Virus record (IMG/VR): IMGVR_UViG_3300044691_000381
Location: 1-62,530 of that record
Direction: 5' to 3' (one strand)
From: a virus
Taxonomy: Duplodnaviria; Caudoviricetes
Length of the DNA: 62,530 nt
Part shown: positions 29,747 through 39,837 of the stretch, in pieces
Numbering within the stretch: position 1 is the stretch's first letter
Layout: each line of letters opens with the position of its first letter
Notes under the pieces: generated by a model
Seen by the model: only the letters and a program-made list of their open reading frames with translations
What the model was told of the DNA's origin: nothing
Database searches by the model: none
Translations under genes and position numbers: made by a program

Positions 29747-29843
29747 AGACCAGGAACACCCACGTTTGGAATACCTTCGCATCCGAGAACCACGCATAGG
29801 GCCCCGCACGAAAATCCAAAATAAGAAATAAGAGGGCCCGCCC

Positions 29844-30221
29844 ATGTCAGAAGGGGAAGTAGCACAACTGCGCCGCGATATTGCCTCACTATCTGCCAAA
29901 GCCGACACACAACATGAAGCCAACCAAAAAGACCGAGAGGCTGACCGCAAGATATTCCAAGCGGCTATGCAGCAGCAGCGCGACGACTTTCAGAAGGCCA
30001 TCAACGCGCAATTCCTGGAACACGTCGCTCTTGAAACAAAGGTGGAGGTGGGGAATACGCTGCTGAGGCTTGCGGTGGGTTCGGGGCAGGCGGGGGAAGG
30101 CCGGGTGGGTGTACTCGAGAAGACCGTTGAAACCCTGAAACAGTTCCGCTGGCAGACGCTGGCGATCATATCGTTCCTGCTGCTGCTGGCGGAGAACCTG
30201 AAGGACTTTTTCAAGCACTAG
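29844..30221 (+). CDS. Coiled-coil protein with C-terminal TM (lysis cassette)
   Basis: Coiled coil then WQTLAIISFLLLLA. Confidence 0.65.
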   Translation: MSEGEVAQLRRDIASLSAKADTQHEANQKDREADRKIFQAAMQQQRDDFQKAINAQFLEHVALETKVEVGNTLLRLAVGSGQAGEGRVGVLEKTVETLKQFRWQTLAIISFLLLLAENLKDFFKH

Positions 30222-30229
30222 GAGGCGCG

Positions 30230-30484
30230 ATGACCATCAACTGGAGTCAGGTTTGGGACTATCTCTACGGCAATCGAGTAGCCATCGGCGGCGGCGCGAT
30301 GCTGGCGCTTACGGCTGCGATCAAGACCGCCCCAACTCCCGCTTCTGTGATAGGTAAGTGGCTCTACGACTTCTTTCATCAGGTTTTCAACATCACGAAT
30401 ACCCGCCTGAATACGACCCCAACGTTGACGCCTCCGGCGATTAATGAAGAGGCCAAAAACCCTATAACTCCCCCGGCGAAGTAA
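30230..30484 (+). CDS. Putative holin
   Basis: Small hydrophobic protein, AGGAGG SD, beside endolysin. Confidence 0.55.
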   Translation: MTINWSQVWDYLYGNRVAIGGGAMLALTAAIKTAPTPASVIGKWLYDFFHQVFNITNTRLNTTPTLTPPAINEEAKNPITPPAK

Positions 30485-30525
30485 CCGAGGGGACCGCAGC
30501 ACCCGCGAAAGCGGAGGAGAGCACC

Positions 30526-30972
30526 ATGTCTTTTTTTAGCAAGATCGTAGCCGCCGAGCACTCCACCGTAGCCTGGCTGGAGAAGGAGCTTATCGCGTTG
30601 GAAAAGCAGGCGCCCACCATTGAACGCGTCATCGACGCTGGTCTGACTTACGTTGGGCCCGTGTTGCAGATCGGCCTGACGGCTATTGGCGATGCGCCGG
30701 AAGCTGCGTTGGTCGCCGCCGTTATTTCGAAGGCGCAGATTGCCCTCAAGGCCGCGAGCGCGTTGGTTACAGATTTCGGGCCTACCCCCACGGCGGCGAG
30801 CATGTTCTCCGCAGTTTCCAGCGACCTCGGATCCCTATTGTCAGCCGCCCAGGTCAAGAACGCCACGACCATCGCCACCGTCACGAAGGCTGTCAGCGAA
30901 GTCGGCCTGCTCGCGTCGGCGGTACAGACTGCGGCAACCGCTGTGGTTGCTGCTGCGGCTCCGGCTGCCTAG
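30526..30972 (+). CDS. Ala-rich amphipathic protein (lysis region)
   Basis: GGAGGAG SD, Ala-rich helices. Confidence 0.65.
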   Translation: MSFFSKIVAAEHSTVAWLEKELIALEKQAPTIERVIDAGLTYVGPVLQIGLTAIGDAPEAALVAAVISKAQIALKAASALVTDFGPTPTAASMFSAVSSDLGSLLSAAQVKNATTIATVTKAVSEVGLLASAVQTAATAVVAAAAPAA

Positions 30973-30973
30973 C

Positions 30974-31693
30974 ATGACCCGCGCTCTCCAGTTGGCTCAT
31001 CTAGCCCTGCTCATCGCCGCTACAGCCCTCATAGGCGTAGTGGCATGGCAGGGCTTCGTGATTTCCAGGCACGTCGAAGCCACGATCAACAGCCTGAACA
31101 ACACGCTGACGAACATCAACCGACCATGCAAGGGTAAAGCCGGTCCCGACGCGTGCGGAACCCTGGCGCAACTAAATAAGACCGTCATCGACATCGGCAA
31201 CATCACAGTCACCGCTCAGACGCAGGTAAAGCAATCGGCCACGCTGATCGCTCAGTATGGCCAAATGTTGAACGGCATCGCTCAGGATATCCACGGGGAG
31301 ATGGGCGAGGCACAGAAGGCTACCGCAGCATTGACGGGCACGGCTCAGGCAGCCACGAAGACGCTCGGGACGGCGGATTCCCTCATCTCTTCAGAGCAGC
31401 CGCGTGTAGACGCCATTCTGGCGCAAACAGACACCGTTTTAGAGAGTGGAAACGAAGCTGTCAGGCGCTTCGATGCGATGCTGGCGGATCCGAACTTGGC
31501 TTTGACGATGAAGAACGTCGAGGGCATCACGGCTACGACAAACCACATGCTCTTCACGGCGGATGCGGTCGAGACCAAGGCGACGAAGAGCTATCTCCAC
31601 CCGTCCACAAATCCGGCCGCACGCACATGGGAGGCGGTAAAGCCATTTATCTACCCGGCGGCTCAGGTCGGGGCTGCAATCGCACTTCACTAA
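30974..31693 (+). CDS. N-terminal TM plus periplasmic coiled coil (spanin-like candidate)
   Basis: TM LALLIAATALIGVVAW, long heptad region with a Cys pair; last late gene. Confidence 0.6.
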   Translation: MTRALQLAHLALLIAATALIGVVAWQGFVISRHVEATINSLNNTLTNINRPCKGKAGPDACGTLAQLNKTVIDIGNITVTAQTQVKQSATLIAQYGQMLNGIAQDIHGEMGEAQKATAALTGTAQAATKTLGTADSLISSEQPRVDAILAQTDTVLESGNEAVRRFDAMLADPNLALTMKNVEGITATTNHMLFTADAVETKATKSYLHPSTNPAARTWEAVKPFIYPAAQVGAAIALH

Positions 31694-31760
31694 TTTCGGA
31701 GAGGAAGGGAGGTCGCGGAGAATCGCCAGAGCTGGCGGAGGAGATCATCCCTCCGTCGTT

Positions 31761-32117
31761 TTACCTCAGATCCAATACGCGCTCTACATCAAAGCCCCTG
31801 AGTTCTCCAACCCCTGACCATGACATGGAACCGTAAATGTTCGGGCTTTCGGGCGCGGCACCCGTGAGAATCATCGTCCCCCTATATCTCCCCGTCGAGA
31901 ACTTGAGGCATTCGCGAACATTAGAGAGCGTGTCAACGAGGCGCGTATCGATGGAATAGCGGATCATTCCCGGCAGCGTTATCTTAGTGCCGTCAGGGTA
32001 CTCGACTTCCTTGAAGTCACATTGAACCGTAAGTTCCCCATCTGGGGCGGATGCGATCAACTCGTTATCGGTGTTCCAGAAATGCACTTCCTGCAGGTCT
32101 TCCCGAACTCGTGCCAT
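31761..32117 (-). CDS. Hypothetical protein
   Basis: GAGGAG SD; end of leftward arm. Confidence 0.65.
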   Translation of the reverse strand: MARVREDLQEVHFWNTDNELIASAPDGELTVQCDFKEVEYPDGTKITLPGMIRYSIDTRLVDTLSNVRECLKFSTGRYRGTMILTGAAPESPNIYGSMSWSGVGELRGFDVERVLDLR

Positions 32118-32302
32118 TATCTCCTCGATTCAACCGCGTTGACTACAGCGTTGGTTAACCGCAACTGACAATTCAGGCAGTTCGACTCCTGATGTGACTT
32201 GCAGGTCAGGGCCAACTGTCTAAGCAGATCCTTTTCAATCGCATCGTTGTAAACAAGCTTTCCATTCTCGAATAACATGATGACTCCAGTTGCCCATCGC
32301 TA

Positions 32303-32539
32303 TCAGGCGGTGGGCTTTTGTTGTTTAAGTTCCATCTCGCGTTCCATGCGAGCCTCATACGCCATCGGGCCTTCGCGCAAGACGATCTCTGTTGACTTAT
32401 GAGGATGGTCGGCGCATCGCCGATGGAGTTCACCTGGCGACATCTTCTCAGCCCAATGTCCATCAAAAGGAATCTCGACAAAAACGTTTCGTGAGAATTG
32501 TGTCGCAAGCGCTCCGCATACTTCGCAGACGCCGAGCAT
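32303..32539 (-). CDS. Hypothetical Zn-binding protein
   Basis: CEVCG...CADH. Confidence 0.55.
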   Translation of the reverse strand: MLGVCEVCGALATQFSRNVFVEIPFDGHWAEKMSPGELHRRCADHPHKSTEIVLREGPMAYEARMEREMELKQQKPTA

Positions 32540-32556
32540 GTCGCGCTGTTCCTGTG

Positions 32557-32931
32557 TCAGACTTTCAATGCCGGTGAACTTAATCGCTCCTCCGCCTGGT
32601 AGAACTCCGTCTCTTCGGAATATGCAAACGCCTCGTTATTTCTGGCCTTGGCCTCATGCGCACACTTGTCAGAGGCTTCCTCTGTGGTGAATACGCCGCA
32701 CACGCTGATTGTGTCATTGCCGTTGTTGGTGAGAGCGACCCAAACCTTCATCGGAGGCTCTATCTCTATCCCATCAGCAGTTACGTTGCATGGGGCATAT
32801 CCAGTGTCGGTATGCGTCCATACTTCATATAGCCCGTTGCGAACCCCAAGGCCCACCAAATCGCGAACATGGCGCAACTCTCGACCGCACTTATCGCAGG
32901 GCTTTACGTTCTGATCTAGTTCCACCATCAC
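32557..32931 (-). CDS. Hypothetical protein
   Basis: Coupled ORF, CDKCG. Confidence 0.6.
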   Translation of the reverse strand: MMVELDQNVKPCDKCGRELRHVRDLVGLGVRNGLYEVWTHTDTGYAPCNVTADGIEIEPPMKVWVALTNNGNDTISVCGVFTTEEASDKCAHEAKARNNEAFAYSEETEFYQAEERLSSPALKV

Positions 32932-33176
32932 AGATCCCTCTCAGCCTTCATAACAGCCTTCACTGCCGCCTCCAGAAGCGGTCGCCTCTCTGGAACGACC
33001 CCTACCCTCCACTCATCATCCAGCAATGCTTTCAGCGCCACAAGCAACTCTTCCGAAGCGGCGAATAAAGCTGCATGCCGCGGATAGAACGCTGTGCCCA
33101 CCGACCCATAAGCGGCTGTGATGGTGTAACCCACTAGTTCGGCTTGCTCGGCTGTGAGGCATTCAATCATCGGCAT
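32928..33176 (-). CDS. Hypothetical protein
   Basis: A.LFAASEELLVALKALL phage motif. Confidence 0.65.
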   Translation of the reverse strand: MPMIECLTAEQAELVGYTITAAYGSVGTAFYPRHAALFAASEELLVALKALLDDEWRVGVVPERRPLLEAAVKAVMKAERDL

Positions 33177-33179
33177 AGG

Positions 33180-33608
33180 CTACTCCTTTGCGTCCAGAGC
33201 GGCGAGGATGCGGTCGGTAAGAAGTTCAGCCGCATTGCGATCCCAAGACTGATATCTCGGAAGACCGGCATCCAAGGAATTGATGACCTTCTCCCGCCGT
33301 GGGTCTACCGGCTTGGGGATGAGTGAGGCGTTGCGGTTACCGATGAATATCGCAAGCGCGTCCAGTGTCGCCATGATATTTGAACCATTTCTCTGGCGAT
33401 CTGAAATCTGGTAATCGATGAAGTTGGTAGCCTCGTCAAAGGTGGCTTTATCCCACGGCACCTGCAGGAAGGGAGCGGCGGCTCTGGCCATTTCCATGTA
33501 GACGGCCTTAGCTTCGGATGCAATCTCGCTCCACTTGTAACCCGATCTGTCCGAACTTGCCCATATTCTCTTCGCTGCTGCTTCTATCTGTTCGTCGGTA
33601 AGGTTCAT
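33180..33608 (-). CDS. Hypothetical protein
   Basis: LTDEQIEAAAK..MARAA motif; GAGGAG SD. Confidence 0.7.
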   Translation of the reverse strand: MNLTDEQIEAAAKRIWASSDRSGYKWSEIASEAKAVYMEMARAAAPFLQVPWDKATFDEATNFIDYQISDRQRNGSNIMATLDALAIFIGNRNASLIPKPVDPRREKVINSLDAGLPRYQSWDRNAAELLTDRILAALDAKE

Positions 33609-33655
33609 GCTCTCCTCTTTCTCGCTCCGCTACAGTACCACTAACCCAACAGGTT

Positions 33656-34201
33656 TTAGTCACGGTAGACCGCATGGGGGAAATTCAGTTTCGCGAACTC
33701 TCCGAATAGCTCAATCGCCTTCATGTCGACGGCCCGTGCCGCCGCTTCGGGTGACTTGTGGTTCCCACAGTGATATTCGATGCCATTGGCGACAACCCTC
33801 CCGCGATATCTAGCTTGGCTCTGACGCCAACTAACACCCTTGAATCCCGAGGTGTTTATTCGTCTTTTGCCGCGATTAGCCCCGTTCTGGGAAACGGTCG
33901 CTAGGCGAAGGTTGCCATTAAAGTTGTGGAGTTTGATCCCGTTGCGATGGTCAACGTCCAGCTCGTCCGGAGGATTTGTCAGGACTCGATGCATCAATAT
34001 CAGGCCGCATGGGCCACCCTCGGATATACGTCTGTTTCGGGCGACATAGCCGTTCGAAGTGACGTGCCAAGCAAAAAACGCTAAGCGATCTGCACGCTCT
34101 TTATTTACCAGCGTGAATCGTTCTCTCGGTAAAGGTATGTAGGCTATCGACGGCCCGATCACGTGAATAGGATTTCGTTTTGGAATGAACTGATTAGCCA
34201 T
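33656..34201 (-). CDS. HNH-AP2 homing endonuclease
   Basis: MHR..VDHRNGIKLHN..NLR.AT.SQN, SGFKGVSW, A.ELFGEFAKLNF. Confidence 0.9.
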   Translation of the reverse strand: MANQFIPKRNPIHVIGPSIAYIPLPRERFTLVNKERADRLAFFAWHVTSNGYVARNRRISEGGPCGLILMHRVLTNPPDELDVDHRNGIKLHNFNGNLRLATVSQNGANRGKRRINTSGFKGVSWRQSQARYRGRVVANGIEYHCGNHKSPEAAARAVDMKAIELFGEFAKLNFPHAVYRD

Positions 34202-35603
34202 CGGCTCTCCTGTCGTGGTAATAGCCATCCAAATATGGCTGCCCTTGGGAGGAACTAGTTGGGTCTTCCCAGCGAAGAATGTTGCCCCTATAGCGGCACT
34301 CACACGTCTTGGTGATGCCCTGCCTGTTCTTCGAAATAATCATGTGCCCTATCCCCTTGAGTGCCTCATCGGATTTGTCGAAGAGTTCGGGCCGGTGCAG
34401 GAATGCCACGATATCCGCATGGTTCTTCACCTTCCCCGACCCTGCAATGTCCGTGATCCTCGGGGTTGGGTCGGTACGCTTCGCCGCCTCCTGCGTCAAC
34501 TGGACAAGCAAAACGACCGGAACGCCTAGTTCTTTGGCTATCTTCTTTGCCATTTTCGCCTGTCGCCCAACAATCTCCTCTGGATTGACGCCCCTCTCGT
34601 AGACGTCAGTGTTTTCGGTGTGGCTCAACTGGTCGATCACTATGAGGTCTAAGCCCGTCGGATGGCCTTCGGCAAGCTTCTGGCGCTTCAGCTTGGCGCA
34701 CTTGGCCTTGATGCGGGTCATGGTCATCTCTGGCGTCTCGTCGAGGTACAGCGGGGCGGCGGCGAGCTGGGCGCGGCACTCGAGAATAAGAGACTGGTCG
34801 CGAGGCCCAAGGTTCCCATCTCGGATGGCGCGGTGGTCTACCTCGGTGGCTGCGGATATCATTCTCCGGACCGCGGCTCCACGGCCATCCTCGAGAGGGA
34901 AGTAGGCTGTGACCTTTCCGAGGACCACCGACGTGTAATAGACCGCGTTGCAGGCCCACGCCGTCTTCCCGGAACTCGCCATGGCTGCCAGCACAATCAA
35001 TTCTCCCGGCTGCAGCCCTCCGGTGCACTCATCCCACTGCGTCCAGCCCAACATGAGGCCCCCGGTGGTTGCCATGGCCTCAAGAGCCTCTGAGTCGTCC
35101 CCCTGGGAGGCGAGGTAGGCGCCGACGTGCTCCATGTCGGCGTCCGGCGAATCTTCCGCGAGGTCCTTGAACTCCTCGATGACGCGCTCTAAAAGGTGCT
35201 GGTCGTCTTCCTGCTCATCGCTGGCGTCTGACTCTGCCCGGTTTGCCAGAAGCATGACGGCGCGGAGCCGGGCCTTCTTGCGGAGGAGTTTGACGTAGCT
35301 GCTGATATCGAACTTGCGCGGGACGCCTTCTGTGAGTGCAAGGATGTACTGGAGGCCGCCGACGGCATCAAGTTCCCGCCGCCGCTCAAGTTCTTCAATT
35401 ACGAGGGATGAATCGACCACCGACGTACTCTTGGCGAGATGCAAGATAACCGCGTAGATGCGCTTGTGGGAGTCGAGGGCAAAGTCGGTGACTCGTAGGC
35501 TCTCCTGAGCGAGTACCAGCGCCTCTGGCTCCAGCATGACCGCGCCAAGGGTCGCTACTTCGATGTGTCCGCTCTTTGGGAGTGGCAATTCTTGCGTGCT
35601 CAT
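34194..35603 (-). CDS. dnaB: Replicative DnaB-like helicase (divergent)
   Basis: DnaB N-domain (E.ATLG, DF..SHKRIY, VGGLQY), GGLQPGELIVLAA..SSGKT, LE, IVID, KNRQG. Confidence 0.9.
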   Translation of the reverse strand: MSTQELPLPKSGHIEVATLGAVMLEPEALVLAQESLRVTDFALDSHKRIYAVILHLAKSTSVVDSSLVIEELERRRELDAVGGLQYILALTEGVPRKFDISSYVKLLRKKARLRAVMLLANRAESDASDEQEDDQHLLERVIEEFKDLAEDSPDADMEHVGAYLASQGDDSEALEAMATTGGLMLGWTQWDECTGGLQPGELIVLAAMASSGKTAWACNAVYYTSVVLGKVTAYFPLEDGRGAAVRRMISAATEVDHRAIRDGNLGPRDQSLILECRAQLAAAPLYLDETPEMTMTRIKAKCAKLKRQKLAEGHPTGLDLIVIDQLSHTENTDVYERGVNPEEIVGRQAKMAKKIAKELGVPVVLLVQLTQEAAKRTDPTPRITDIAGSGKVKNHADIVAFLHRPELFDKSDEALKGIGHMIISKNRQGITKTCECRYRGNILRWEDPTSSSQGQPYLDGYYHDRRADG

Positions 35604-35989
35604 TCGGCTCTTTCGAGCCATTGGCTGAGTGCATCGCGCAGTTCGCTTGCCTGCTTCTTGGTAAGGATTACCGATTGCTGATAGCCGCCACGCAAATGGA
35701 CACGGAGCCACGGACGCCACTTCCCCTTCTCTGGCCTGTCGTCTCTTCCATTGCGTGTAATATGATCAGGAATCGCCGCGATTCCCAAACATCCTCTATG
35801 CTCATCGGAATTTGAGGGCAACACATGGCTCCCTTGGTATCGGACTGTGCAACTCCCGCATGTACAGGGCTTTGAATCGTCCTGCTCGTAGATGCCTTTC
35901 CGAATTTTCTTGATGCGCCCGCACCTCGGCAAATGATCGTCGCCGAAACCGAAGATGCTGCAATAAATACTCATGCCATTTCCTCCCAT
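35600..35989 (-). CDS. Hypothetical protein
   Basis: MSIYCS...PWLRV..VILTKKQ..LRDAL..WL. Confidence 0.65.
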   Translation of the reverse strand: MGGNGMSIYCSIFGFGDDHLPRCGRIKKIRKGIYEQDDSKPCTCGSCTVRYQGSHVLPSNSDEHRGCLGIAAIPDHITRNGRDDRPEKGKWRPWLRVHLRGGYQQSVILTKKQASELRDALSQWLERAE

Positions 35990-36038
35990 CGCAAGGGGTT
36001 GGGGGCGGCGAGTGGATTGGACCCGCCGCCGGGGTGAG

Positions 36039-36731
36039 CTACATCAACTGGATTGCTTCTTTGGCCTTCGCTATCTGCTGGCTTTCAGTGAGGGGCTTCT
36101 TGGCCGGAGGAGTGGGCTTTGGAGCGACTACGACCTTTGCGCTGCGGCGAGCGGCCTGGGCTTCTAACTCGTCCTCTTCCTCGTCGTCCTCGTCGTCTTC
36201 GTCGTCCTCTTCTTCGCCAAGGGGCAGATCCTCTTGGTCGTCGTCCTCTGCGCCCGTGCCGGCGAAATTGAGGTCGCCCTGCGCTTCTTCAAACGCAGCC
36301 CAGAAGTTCGCCGTCTTGTGGTCGAACGTCCATTCGTGAATCTCTTTGCGCCCCGGAAAGTAGGCAGAGAATGAGAGCGTAACGACCGCATCCTCATCGC
36401 CCTTGCCGGTGCGGGTCATCACGAAGCTGGACAGCGTGGCGTCCATGATGGGGGAGAAGAATCTACGGCCCTTCGGGGTCGGGAACATCTCCACCGTCGC
36501 ATTCTCCAGCCGCACATCGAACTTCTGCATGGTGGCGAGGTTGCCGGTCTTGATGAGGTTGGTGTAGGCGTTCTGGACCCATTCGGGCATCCCGTTGAGG
36601 GCGTCATCGCCATCTGAGAGGATGATGTCGACTTTGAAGTGATGGCGCTTTTCTTCTCCTCTTCGGAGCAGTGCGGCGTCGCGGAGGGTGAGTTTGACTC
36701 GCTTACCTTTGTCTATGAATACGTTGGGCAT
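36039..36731 (-). CDS. Hypothetical protein with long acidic tract
   Basis: EEEDDEDDEDDEEEDELE; GGAG SD. Confidence 0.75.
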   Translation of the reverse strand: MPNVFIDKGKRVKLTLRDAALLRRGEEKRHHFKVDIILSDGDDALNGMPEWVQNAYTNLIKTGNLATMQKFDVRLENATVEMFPTPKGRRFFSPIMDATLSSFVMTRTGKGDEDAVVTLSFSAYFPGRKEIHEWTFDHKTANFWAAFEEAQGDLNFAGTGAEDDDQEDLPLGEEEDDEDDEDDEEEDELEAQAARRSAKVVVAPKPTPPAKKPLTESQQIAKAKEAIQLM

Positions 36732-36768
36732 AGTGCATTTCTCCGATCTGGTGAGAGGTGCGTGGGGG

Positions 36769-37086
36769 TTAGGATGCGACGGTAGTTTCTTCGCGGGCTG
36801 ATTCCATCAGCATCGCTAGATTCAATGACTTCTCTAAAACGCAGGATTGGCAGATATTGATTTCGGTCATGAGTTCAGGCTCCTCATCGCCCATGACCTT
36901 CACGCAATCCGGCTCTGGTGCCATTACTTCGGCCAAGGCGAGATTGCCGCCGAATATCTGGGCAAGGCCCATGACACCGTTTGCCGCACGAGGGCTGATC
37001 ATTGCCATCGAGAAGCGGACGACGTACCACAAGGGTGCGATCTTTCCTTCACATACTGCACACGGCTTCAATTCGGATAACTTCAT
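36769..37086 (-). CDS. Hypothetical Zn-binding protein
   Basis: CAVC...CQSC. Confidence 0.65.
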   Translation of the reverse strand: MKLSELKPCAVCEGKIAPLWYVVRFSMAMISPRAANGVMGLAQIFGGNLALAEVMAPEPDCVKVMGDEEPELMTEINICQSCVLEKSLNLAMLMESAREETTVAS

Positions 37087-37128
37087 GCTGGCCTCACGTT
37101 CGGTTGATAGTGCGCTGCGGTTTAGGGT

Positions 37129-37707
37129 TTAGAAATCTTCCTGTAAAGCAAGGACTCCGGTAGTTGGTAACTGTGGACGAGGGAAATTCGTTCGCGCGAA
37201 CTCGCCAAAGTGTTCAATGGCGGCTTCATCGTAGGCTTTGGCGGCCTCAATCTCTTGCTCGATTGGATAGAATCCGAGATTGATCAACTTTCCGTTGACG
37301 CGAATCATCGAGCGGCAATATTGGGTATCTCCGAACCGGGTCACGCCTTTGTACTTGCGCGTAGCGTGGGTGGACTGATTCATCGAGTTTTGGTGAGCTG
37401 TAGCTATACGAATTTGCGATCTTCGGTTATCGAGCGTCTTCGCATATCGATGATCAACGGTTTTGCCTAGTGGTGATTGGAGAAGCTGACGCGCCATGAA
37501 CACGGTCCGTTGCTTCCCATCCACAACCTCAGTGCGACCCGCATAGAACTTGCCTGGCGTTAGCTGCAAGGCCTGCCAAGTCCACTGAGATAGCAATTCG
37601 GCATCATCACGGTCGACCAACGCGTATAAGCCTTGAGTGAGTTGGATGTATGCGATTGAAGGACCGGCTGGGATGATTGCAGGGCGAATTGTTCGTGGTC
37701 TTCCCAT
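37129..37707 (-). CDS. HNH-AP2 homing endonuclease (second copy)
   Basis: LTQG..ALVD, VDH...TLDNRR, YKGV, AAKAYDEAA.EHFGEFA.TNF. Confidence 0.9.
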   Translation of the reverse strand: MGRPRTIRPAIIPAGPSIAYIQLTQGLYALVDRDDAELLSQWTWQALQLTPGKFYAGRTEVVDGKQRTVFMARQLLQSPLGKTVDHRYAKTLDNRRSQIRIATAHQNSMNQSTHATRKYKGVTRFGDTQYCRSMIRVNGKLINLGFYPIEQEIEAAKAYDEAAIEHFGEFARTNFPRPQLPTTGVLALQEDF

Positions 37708-37711
37708 TGGC

Positions 37712-38131
37712 TTACCACTCCTCTCTTGCTGGCATAGGCGCATCCAGAAGGGCCAACTGCCCCACTGGACGTATGAAAATCTCTGTGCGTGGATTGGTGC
37801 GGTCTCTGACCTTATAGGCGTGCAGGGCTGTTACCTTGTGGTCGCTGTCGATGACGCCAGCTTTCACAATGGAATCGAGGATGCACTTTCCGTAGTTGTC
37901 GACGTCGCCCCGCTCATTGCTCCCCTGGTAGACCACATAGGCGACTTCGAACCAATTGGCAATGAGCGACCGCCCACCGGCGCAGATGCCGACAGCGCGC
38001 CACCATTCCTTAGCTTCCTTCGAGGGGTACGCCATCACCGTAGCGATGCCATTGATGGTCGCAACGCGGTGCTTCATGTAGTGGTTTACGCTGGGCGGGG
38101 TAAGTGGAACTGTAACTCGCAGGGTCGACAC
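37712..38131 (-). CDS. rusA: RusA-like Holliday junction resolvase
   Basis: PPSVNHY, DVDNYGKCILDSI..AGVIDSD. Confidence 0.9.
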   Translation of the reverse strand: MSTLRVTVPLTPPSVNHYMKHRVATINGIATVMAYPSKEAKEWWRAVGICAGGRSLIANWFEVAYVVYQGSNERGDVDNYGKCILDSIVKAGVIDSDHKVTALHAYKVRDRTNPRTEIFIRPVGQLALLDAPMPAREEW

Positions 38132-38200
38132 GGGGCTGCCTCAAATGGATGAAGATGGGTGAATCCATGAGACTGGCGTGAGCCTGTTAGTAGGTGGGAG

Positions 38201-38401
38201 TTATAACGATACGTCGATTAGTTGTGGCTGTTTCTCTATTTTACTTCCCGAGAGCGTCCTATCGTTACAATCGCGGTGAAATATTAAAGATCCTATGGCA
38301 TGCCACTTATCGTTGCGTCCTATCTTCTTACGGCACCTGGCGCACGATCGCTCACCTTTGACCGGCAGAGGTTGCGAGCAGCAAGGGCATACTTCCTTCA
38401 T
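38201..38401 (-). CDS. Small Zn-finger protein
   Basis: CPCC, CARC..H.DC. Confidence 0.55.
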   Translation of the reverse strand: MKEVCPCCSQPLPVKGERSCARCRKKIGRNDKWHAIGSLIFHRDCNDRTLSGSKIEKQPQLIDVSL

Positions 38402-38799
38402 CTCTCCCCCATCAGCAGCAACAATGTGTAGTTCATGGACGGCTCCCGCAAACTTCATTTGCATATCGTGTGGCCTTGCGACTCTGGCGCCTGAATGCAG
38501 CCTCATACTCTTTGCGCGTGTCATGCTGCGCATAGCCGTCTTCATGGTAATTGCGGCGGTAATCATGGAATTCGTCGTAGTACAACTGCCACCAAAGCCG
38601 CCGTCGGAATAGAAGCGTGAACCTGTTCTTATCGCGCCGCATCATTTCGTCTCCGTTGGTTCTGATTTAGGTGATGGAAATATCTTGCTCATAATCCACT
38701 TAGCCGCAGACTTGCTCCAGTGGTCAAATAATGCGGAAATAAGAATCCCCACCTCAATGCCGAGGCAGAATCCCATTGCGAAAACAATCATTATCAAAA

Positions 38800-39837
38800 T
38801 CATGGACGGCTGCTCCCCTCTGGAGAGAGTAAGGATATCTGTGCGCGAAGTTGAAGTACGTAGCGAATTTCATAACATCCCTGACACTTGCAATTGTCAG
38901 AGTATTCAAATAAGTCCCTGAAATCATCCTCGGTGACTTGACTCCAATCTTTACCCTTCATCTCTCCATCGTCTTCGAACAGATTGCGGGTATAAAAAGG
39001 TTTTTCCTCCCAATGTTTCAACTCCTCCATTGCTAGGCGTAGGGCTTCCTGGGAGGCTGCTAGTTGGCGTTCGCGGCAATGAAGGACGGCTCTAACCTTG
39101 TCCAATTCCGAGTAAAGGTCGTCAGTCCTGAATGCCGAATCTTTGGCTTCGTAAATCTCTTGTTTCGCGATGTCGTCAAGCGGAGGCAATCTCCCTCCAT
39201 CCGCGCATTTCTCGCAGACTATCTGTTTCCCCGGCGTGGTGCCCGTGGTTGGGATAGTGAATGACTTCTTGCCGTAGAGTTTGACTGAGCACGTCGCGCA
39301 CTCGGAATTGGCATAGAAGGGCGAGGCCAATCCCCCTCCATCCGCTACTGGCTGCGGTATAAGGGAGGGATCACACTTGATGAATCTCTCTACGGCACCC
39401 ATGATTATCCCGTCTTCCTGAACGGCCCCGAGCAGATATTGCAGCATTCTCTTCTGAAACTCCCCCTCGTCTTCAATGAAGTCCCGCAGAACCTCGCAGA
39501 AGGCGTTGTGGTAGATGCGGATTACGAAGTCCGGAGGCTGTGACTGAAGCCACGTATCGAACTTGTCTATGTCGGCTGGCGTGCCCCCTCCATCCTCTTG
39601 GAGTGACTCTGCGGGGGCGGATTTGAGTTTTGGCAACTTGGCGCGTGCATCAGCCCATGCTTCGGCTTCAGTTTCGCCGCCGCCAATAGCACGGTCGTTG
39701 CGATATTCCCCGGTCCACAGCGTCCAGCCCTCTTCCATCGCTCTCCATCCGCCCCAATGCTTAGCGCTTGCTTTGGGGTAAGCCTGCCGCACTGCCTGCT
39801 CGTCCCCCATCCCATCTTCTACGCCCTTAGTTTTCAT
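38800..39837 (-). CDS. Mosaic hypothetical protein
   Basis: 345-aa coupled ORF with CxxC pairs. Confidence 0.65.
   Translation of the reverse strand: MKTKGVEDGMGDEQAVRQAYPKASAKHWGGWRAMEEGWTLWTGEYRNDRAIGGGETEAEAWADARAKLPKLKSAPAESLQEDGGGTPADIDKFDTWLQSQPPDFVIRIYHNAFCEVLRDFIEDEGEFQKRMLQYLLGAVQEDGIIMGAVERFIKCDPSLIPQPVADGGGLASPFYANSECATCSVKLYGKKSFTIPTTGTTPGKQIVCEKCADGGRLPPLDDIAKQEIYEAKDSAFRTDDLYSELDKVRAVLHCRERQLAASQEALRLAMEELKHWEEKPFYTRNLFEDDGEMKGKDWSQVTEDDFRDLFEYSDNCKCQGCYEIRYVLQLRAQISLLSPEGSSRP

Noticed and set aside
32140-32200. tRNA remnant (TCAGG-CAGTTCGACT-CCTGA)
   Set aside because: Only a T-loop-like hairpin; I cannot build acceptor, D or anticodon arms
33656-34201. Group I intron or intein associated with the HNH-AP2 genes
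   Set aside because: dnaB and rusA appear complete; the endonucleases are free-standing
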